Shown: one piece after another, positions 58,451-64,000 of the stretch | How the letters are laid out: every line of letters begins with the position of its first letter | Position numbering within the stretch: position 1 is the first letter of the stretch | Assembly: GCA_947460255.1 (NCBI GenBank) | Contig: CANHIS010000005.1 | Span: 6,884-70,883, forward strand | DNA from: Bacteroidota bacterium | GTDB taxonomy: Bacteria; Bacteroidota; Bacteroidia; M30B66 | Direction: 5' to 3' | Length of the DNA: 64,000 nt | The notes under the pieces: generated by a model | Seen by the model: the letters and a program-made list of their open reading frames with translations, nothing else | Databases searched by the model: none | Told to the model about the DNA's origin: nothing | Made by a program: the position numbers and the translations under genes

Positions 58451-60949
58451 ATGAACGAACATACTTTCGACCATCCTCTCTTTTCGAATCTGATCGATGA
58501 TGACGCAGAATTCATCCCTTTGATGACCTCAGAAGATGAGGAGTTGATGAATCTCGAAAACATCCCTGAAGAACTTTCTATCCTGCCATTACGGAATACT
58601 GTTCTGTTTCCTGGTGTTGTAATTCCAATCACGGTTGGTCGCGACAAATCCATCAAATTGATCAAAGATGCCAATAAGGCTGATCGGGTGATTGGAGTGG
58701 TTTCTCAAAAAGACGTAACGGTAGATGATCCAGGTCCGAACGACCTCAATCAAGTGGGCACCATTGCAATGATCATTAAGATGTTTAGCATGCCCGATGG
58801 CAATACCACAGTGATTATTCAAGGAAAACGTAGGTTCCGATTAGAGGAAGTTACCCGAGAAGAACCTTACTTCAAGGCTCGAATTTCAGGATTCGAAGAG
58901 ATTCGTCCAGCCAAAAAAGACAAAGAATTTGGAGCTTTGGTGGATTCCTTGAAGGAAACTGCTTTACAAATCATTAAGCAATCGCCCAACATTCCTTCTG
59001 AGGCGGGCTTCGCCATTAAAAACATCGAAAGTCCTTCGTTTTTGATCAACTTCATTTCATCGAACATGAATGCTGATGTTGCAGTTAAACAAACGATACT
59101 CGAGATAGTCGACCTGAAACAACGCGCCGAAATGGTGCTTCAACACATTACGCGCGACCTTCAACTTGTGGAACTGAAAAATCAGATTCAAAGCAAAGTA
59201 AAGATCGACATCGACCAACAGCAACGCGAATATTTCCTTCATCAGCAGCTTAAAACCATTCAAGAAGAACTTGGCGGCAATGTGCACGAAGCTGAAATTG
59301 AAGAAATTAGAAAGAAATCTGAAGGAAAGAAATGGAGTGAAGCTGTGCAAAAACACTTCAACAGAGAGCTCGATAAATTACAGCGAATCAATCCCAATGC
59401 TGCAGAATTTTCGGTGCAACGCAATTACATCGATTTGCTGCTGGAGCTTCCTTGGAACGAATACACGACCGATCATTTCGACTTGAAAAAAGCGAAAGCC
59501 ATACTCGACAAAGACCATTATGGTATGGAAAAAGTAAAGGAACGCATCATAGAGTACCTCGCCGTTTTAAAACTCAAAGGCGACATGCGTTCTCCGATCC
59601 TTTGTTTTTATGGACCTCCTGGCGTCGGAAAGACCTCATTGGGTAAGTCGATCGCTAAGTCGTTGGGTAGAGAATACGTTCGGATGTCGCTTGGTGGCGT
59701 TCGTGATGAAGCTGAGATCCGCGGACATCGCAAAACCTATATTGGCGCTATGCCCGGAAGAATCATCCAGAATCTTCGCAAAGCCAAATCAGCCAATCCA
59801 GTTTTTGTACTCGACGAAATCGATAAAGTAGGCAGAGATTCGCACGGCGACCCATCTTCAGCATTGCTGGAAGTACTTGATCCTGAACAGAACAGCACAT
59901 TCTACGACAATTACGTGGAGCAAGATTTCGATTTGAGTCGCGCGATGTTTGTGGCTACTGCGAATAACCTCAACACGATCCAACCTGCCCTACTCGACCG
60001 TATGGAATTGATCGAGGTTTCGGGTTATACTCAAGAAGAAAAAGTGGAGATTGCCCGCCAACATCTTATTCCTAAACAGATTACCGAACACGGACTAAAA
60101 AAGACGCAGGTAAAATTCTCCAAGAAGGCCATCATGAAATTGATTGATGAGCATACGCGTGAATCGGGTGTTCGCTCCTTGGAAAAGCGCATAGCCAAAG
60201 TGGTGCGGTCGATTGCCAAGTCAATTGCATTGGAAGAAACGGTGAGCGCAAACATCGACGAGAAAGACATTACAAGGATAATGGGTCCGGCCCGCTATCA
60301 CAGCGACAAATACGAAAACAACGAAACGGCAGGCGTAGTTACAGGCTTAGCATGGACAGCAGTTGGTGGAGAGATTCTGTTTATCGAAACCTTGATTAGC
60401 AAAGGAACAGGCAAGTTGACCTTAACAGGCAATTTGGGTGATGTGATGAAAGAAAGTGCCGTGATTGCCTTGGAATACCTCAAAGCACATGCAGAGCAGT
60501 TTTTAGGATTAGATCCGGCAGTATTTAACCATTACAACATCCACGTGCACGTGCCTGAAGGAGCAACACCGAAAGATGGTCCTTCAGCTGGAATTGCGAT
60601 GCTTACAGCTTTGGCATCCTTGTTTACCCAACGAAAGGTGAAATCGAAATTGGCGATGACAGGCGAAATCACCTTGCGTGGAGTGGTGCTTCCAGTGGGC
60701 GGAATTAAGGAGAAGATTCTTGCTGCCCGCAGAGCGAATATTTCAGAAGTCATCCTTTGTGAAGACAACCGCAAAGATGTAGATGAGATAAACCAGGATT
60801 ACCTTACTGGCATGACCTTTCACTACGTACAACAGATGAAAGATGTGTTGAAATTGGCCTTAACGAAAAACTTGGTAAGCAATCCTGTAAAGGTAGAAGT
60901 GCCGAAAGAGAAGTTAGCTGAGAAGAAGAGTGCTGCGTTGGTGTCTTAA
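58451..60949 (+). CDS. lon: ATP-dependent endopeptidase La (Lon protease)
   Basis: LON N-domain ([20 protein letters not shown]), AAA+ P-loop [15 protein letters not shown], and a C-terminal Ser-Lys protease domain (…[17 protein letters not shown]…). 832 aa. Confidence 0.97.
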   Translation: MNEHTFDHPLFSNLIDDDAEFIPLMTSEDEELMNLENIPEELSILPLRNTVLFPGVVIPITVGRDKSIKLIKDANKADRVIGVVSQKDVTVDDPGPNDLNQVGTIAMIIKMFSMPDGNTTVIIQGKRRFRLEEVTREEPYFKARISGFEEIRPAKKDKEFGALVDSLKETALQIIKQSPNIPSEAGFAIKNIESPSFLINFISSNMNADVAVKQTILEIVDLKQRAEMVLQHITRDLQLVELKNQIQSKVKIDIDQQQREYFLHQQLKTIQEELGGNVHEAEIEEIRKKSEGKKWSEAVQKHFNRELDKLQRINPNAAEFSVQRNYIDLLLELPWNEYTTDHFDLKKAKAILDKDHYGMEKVKERIIEYLAVLKLKGDMRSPILCFYGPPGVGKTSLGKSIAKSLGREYVRMSLGGVRDEAEIRGHRKTYIGAMPGRIIQNLRKAKSANPVFVLDEIDKVGRDSHGDPSSALLEVLDPEQNSTFYDNYVEQDFDLSRAMFVATANNLNTIQPALLDRMELIEVSGYTQEEKVEIARQHLIPKQITEHGLKKTQVKFSKKAIMKLIDEHTRESGVRSLEKRIAKVVRSIAKSIALEETVSANIDEKDITRIMGPARYHSDKYENNETAGVVTGLAWTAVGGEILFIETLISKGTGKLTLTGNLGDVMKESAVIALEYLKAHAEQFLGLDPAVFNHYNIHVHVPEGATPKDGPSAGIAMLTALASLFTQRKVKSKLAMTGEITLRGVVLPVGGIKEKILAARRANISEVILCEDNRKDVDEINQDYLTGMTFHYVQQMKDVLKLALTKNLVSNPVKVEVPKEKLAEKKSAALVS

Positions 60950-60957
60950 CAATTGAT

Positions 60958-61224
60958 ACCTCTCCCTAGCCCTCTCCACAGGAGAGGGAACAGCATCTCC
61001 ATATCGTTAAAGTTTTTCAATCAACTTGACAGTTTTAGTTTAATCTTGTCTGCTCAAAGCATCTTAGAAAACCTCTTCCTTGCCTTCTCTTCAGGAGAGG
61101 GAACAGCATCTCCATATCGTTAAAGTTTTTCACTCATCTTGACAGTTTTAGTTTAATCTAATCTGCTCAATGCATCTCAGAAAACCTCTCCCTTGCCCTC
61201 TCTGCGGGAGAGGGAACAGCATCC
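60958..61224. repeat. 113-bp tandem direct repeat, ~2.4 copies, each carrying an 8-bp-stem hairpin (CCCTCTCC-NNN-GGAGAGGG)
   Basis: GGAGAGGGAACAGCATC recurs at 60981, 61094 and 61207 with exactly 113 bp spacing. Copies A (60958-61070) and B (61071-61183) are ~90% identical over the full unit. Copy C (61184-61224) is truncated after the hairpin. Hairpin loops differ (ACA, TCA, GCG) while the stems are conserved. Confidence 0.8.
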
Positions 61225-61295
61225 CGTAAAACTATGCTTCAAGGTGAAACCCAAAATGCTTCACTAAACTTAGTGCACATGGTATTCTTGATCAA

Positions 61296-61334
61296 TCCCC
61301 TTTCTCCTGTGGAGAGAGGGTTAGGGAGAGAGGT
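61296..61334. repeat. inverted partial copy of the repeat head (hairpin + flank), forming a terminal inverted repeat with 60958-60988
   Basis: CCTTTCTCC-TGT-GGAGAGAGG hairpin followed by GTTAGGGAGAGAGGT. That flank is the reverse complement of the ACCTCTCCCTAGCC head at 60958. Confidence 0.6.
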
Positions 61335-61515
61335 AAATCTGTAAACGAAAGTTTCAATTTGAAAAAGTTGTTTACACTCTCAATTGGTGTATTAACTGAG
61401 ATTATTGCTGCCACTCTTTTATTAACAACGGGTGCATCACTCCTTATCAAAGGCAAGGATCCTATTGAATAATTAAATCAGAACAATTCAACTTTATTGA
61501 CGTTCCTTTGACATC

Positions 61516-62811
61516 ATGAATCTCCACCCTACTGAAATGAACCCTTGGCCGCACATTGTTGTGGTTGGAGGAGGATTTGGAGGGATTGAGTTGATCAAAC
61601 AACTCCGTAATTCAGCTTTCCGAATTACACTGATCGACAAAAACAACTACCACACCTTCCAGCCATTGCTTTACCAAGTAGCTTCAGGAGGTTTAGGCGC
61701 AGATGCAATTGGTTATCCGTTTCGACTTATTTTTCGTGGACAGAAGAATTTCCGTTTTCTACACACTGAGGTTAAACAGATTTTTGCAGACCAACAACGC
61801 ATCGAAACCGAAGCTGGCAATGTTGATTTCGATCATTTAGTGCTTGCTACTGGCTCGACGACCAACTACTTCGGGAACAAAGAAATTGAGCGCAACAGCA
61901 TGCCAATGAAAAGCATTCCTGAAGCCCTCAATCTCCGCAGCGATTTGCTAGAGGAATGTGAAGCCGCAACAAGAACTTCGGATGTTGAAATCCAAAAAAA
62001 ACACTTGCGGTTTGTGGTGGTTGGAGGCGGTCCAACAGGTGTTGAAACAGCGGGGTCGCTTGCTGAATTTCGAAATACTGTAATGAAGCACGACTATCCA
62101 GAGCTAGATCCGAAGTTGATGGAAGTTTTTCTGGTGGAAGCAAGTGCCAATCTCCTCAACGGAATGCGCGCTCAATCGGGCGAAAAAGCCAAACAATACC
62201 TCGAAAAAATGGGTGTAGTGGTGAAAGTCGGCGTATCAGTGAGTAGCTACCAAAATGAAATCGTGGTCTTGTCGGATGGCTCCGAACTTCCTAGTAAAAC
62301 ACTTATCTGGGCAGCTGGCGTGAAAGGTCAACTGATTGCGGGTTTACCAGAATCTTCCACCGTGGGGAGTCGTTTCCAAGTGGATGAATTCCATAAGATT
62401 AAAGGCATCGACCATATTTATGCTATTGGCGATTCCGCGGGGATGATCACAGCCGACCGGCCAAAAGGACATCCAATGGTAGCTCCTGTGGCTGTTCAGC
62501 AAGGGAACAACTTGGCGAAAAATTTTAAAAACTCCCTGAAAGGACTTCCCAAAAAGCCCTTCAAATACAACGACAAAGGATCGATGGCGACCGTTGGGAG
62601 AAACAAAGCGGTGGTCGACTTACCAAGCTTCAGTTTTGGTGGTTTGATGGCTTGGTTGGTTTGGATGTTCTTACACTTAATGCTTTTGGTAGGCTTTAGA
62701 AACCGTGTGGTGGTGTTTATCGATTGGATGTGGAGCTATTTCACCTATGAACGTGCGCTAAGGCTCATCGTTAGGAAGTACAACGTTACGCCAACGGCAA
62801 GCGAATCCTAA
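61516..62811 (+). CDS. ndh: type II NADH:quinone oxidoreductase (NDH-2)
   Basis: HIVVVGGGFGG and second dinucleotide-binding GxGxxG (VVVGGGPTGVE). 431 aa, with a C-terminal amphipathic membrane-anchor region. Confidence 0.9.
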   Translation: MNLHPTEMNPWPHIVVVGGGFGGIELIKQLRNSAFRITLIDKNNYHTFQPLLYQVASGGLGADAIGYPFRLIFRGQKNFRFLHTEVKQIFADQQRIETEAGNVDFDHLVLATGSTTNYFGNKEIERNSMPMKSIPEALNLRSDLLEECEAATRTSDVEIQKKHLRFVVVGGGPTGVETAGSLAEFRNTVMKHDYPELDPKLMEVFLVEASANLLNGMRAQSGEKAKQYLEKMGVVVKVGVSVSSYQNEIVVLSDGSELPSKTLIWAAGVKGQLIAGLPESSTVGSRFQVDEFHKIKGIDHIYAIGDSAGMITADRPKGHPMVAPVAVQQGNNLAKNFKNSLKGLPKKPFKYNDKGSMATVGRNKAVVDLPSFSFGGLMAWLVWMFLHLMLLVGFRNRVVVFIDWMWSYFTYERALRLIVRKYNVTPTASES

Positions 62812-63994
62812 ATGTGGCGCCTTCGTCCACTTCCTGCACTACTTCAACAGTTCCCTTTAAAACTTCGGTAAGTTTCTTCACCGTATTTAAGCCTATTCCT
62901 GTGCCCTTTACGCCGAATCTATCTTGGTGATGTAATGTTTGAAACATCACAAAAATCTTGTCTTTCTGCTCTTTGGGTATTCCAGGACCATTGTCTTGAA
63001 CTTCTATAATGATCTGGTCTTGGTCTCGGTAAACACGCACATAGATCAAACCTTCCGATTTGTCGTTGTACTTAATTGCATTGCTAATTAGATTCTGCAG
63101 GATTTGATGCAACAAAGTGGGATCCATATGTGCTTCAGAGATTTGCACATCTGCAATCACATGGATATCGGATGGTGGGGAACAAAACCTGATTAATTCA
63201 TCGATAAATGTTTCCAAGTTTACCTTTTCAGGCTGGATTGCCTCAACGCCCGAGATGGAGTGATTCAAAATACCTTGCACCAACTTATAGGCATGCTCAG
63301 CTTTCGATTTTAAATGCACCAAACCCATTTCCGCCGATTCATTGAGCTTGCCTTCCGACTCTTCGAAAATCATTTCACTCAAGGTGACCATGCTTCTTAG
63401 CGGAGATTTTAAATCATGCGATATTAAATGTGCAAAGCGTTCTGCTTCGTGATTCTTCTCGAGTAAGGTTAATCTCAATGCTTCCAACTCACGCATTTTC
63501 TTACGTAGTTCAAGTTGCGCAATCACTTGGTCGGCAAGCGACCGCAATGCTTTTAGCTGAGCATCATTGAGCTTTCGCGGCTCATGATCAATCACGCACA
63601 AGGTGCCGATTGCCAAGCCTTCGGAAGTAACCAATGGTGCTCCAACATAAAAACGTACATGAGGATCGCCAGTAACTAAAGGATTATCGGAAAATCTCGC
63701 GTCTTGGAGCGAATCTTCTACTACAAAAGTAGTTTCAGGATGGTTGATGGCATGTGCGCAAAAAGCGTGATCACGCGGAGTTTCTGTAGCATCTAAACCA
63801 CGGTGCGACTTAAACCATTGTCGGTCTTTATCGATGAGTGAAACCAGCGAAATTGGCGTTTGGCAAATGTATGAGGCGATCTCGGTGATTGAATCAAATT
63901 CCCGCTCTGGAAGCGTATCTAAAATTTGATAGGCTTCTAATGCTTGTAATCTTTCCGATTCGTTTTTGGGAATTTCCGGAGTTTTCATAACCAT
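62786..63994 (-). CDS. GAF-domain sensor histidine kinase
   Basis: N-terminal GAF, an H-box HDLKSPLRSM, and an HATPase_c with N, G1 (DNGPGI) and G2 (GTGIGL) boxes. The convergent 3' end overlaps ndh by 26 nt. Confidence 0.85.
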   Translation of the reverse strand: MVMKTPEIPKNESERLQALEAYQILDTLPEREFDSITEIASYICQTPISLVSLIDKDRQWFKSHRGLDATETPRDHAFCAHAINHPETTFVVEDSLQDARFSDNPLVTGDPHVRFYVGAPLVTSEGLAIGTLCVIDHEPRKLNDAQLKALRSLADQVIAQLELRKKMRELEALRLTLLEKNHEAERFAHLISHDLKSPLRSMVTLSEMIFEESEGKLNESAEMGLVHLKSKAEHAYKLVQGILNHSISGVEAIQPEKVNLETFIDELIRFCSPPSDIHVIADVQISEAHMDPTLLHQILQNLISNAIKYNDKSEGLIYVRVYRDQDQIIIEVQDNGPGIPKEQKDKIFVMFQTLHHQDRFGVKGTGIGLNTVKKLTEVLKGTVEVVQEVDEGATFRIRLPLA

Positions 63995-64000
63995 CAATTA

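Noticed and set aside
60958-61224. CRISPR array
   Set aside because: The repeat unit is 113 bp and is itself the repeated element (no unique spacers), with only ~2.4 copies. No cas genes are in the window.

Overview
This 64 kb window reads as a core chromosomal segment of a Bacteroidota genome, probably Flavobacteriia- or Sphingobacteriia-like. I place it there because three proteins carry T9SS C-terminal sorting domains, one gene is gingipain-like C25, the window has DUF4199-, DUF4293- and DUF6089-type proteins, Rho has a long N-terminal insertion, and TAnnTTTG -7 promoter motifs occur.

The window is gene-dense, about 50 CDS. Housekeeping genes are hutH (partial at the 5' edge), hisS, uvrA, an ECF sigma factor, murI, the uppS-bamA-skp-skp outer-membrane biogenesis operon, nadK, pdxJ, trpS, mpl, rho, lpxD, an LptD-like gene, an amidase, mlaD, rpmE, lon and ndh. 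There is also a wzx/wzz/O-antigen-ligase-like polysaccharide cluster, and the three T9SS cargo genes include an S1 trypsin-like peptidase, a C25 gingipain-like peptidase and a large Ig-like protein.

I found no rRNA, tRNA, CRISPR array, transposase or integrase.

I did not find a convincing novel multi-gene system. The most unusual sequence-level features are:
- a 113 bp tandem repeat of about 2.4 copies, plus one inverted partial copy, directly downstream of lon; each copy carries a conserved GGAGAGGG hairpin;
- a roughly 255 aa N/Q/P-rich, prion-like insertion in Rho, together with an orphan terminator-like hairpin in the rho/DUF4293 divergent leader;
- a GC-clamped structured element in a 428 bp intergenic region upstream of an M16 peptidase;
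- a nested inverted repeat with TCAT/ATGA palindromes upstream of an Hsp20 gene;
- an intrinsic terminator 11 nt upstream of murI;
- an HdrDE-like membrane Fe-S gene pair;
- a J-domain membrane protein translationally coupled to a PPP-family phosphatase.

The ORF track uses TTG and GTG as starts, so I re-set several N-termini to the first plausible ATG.
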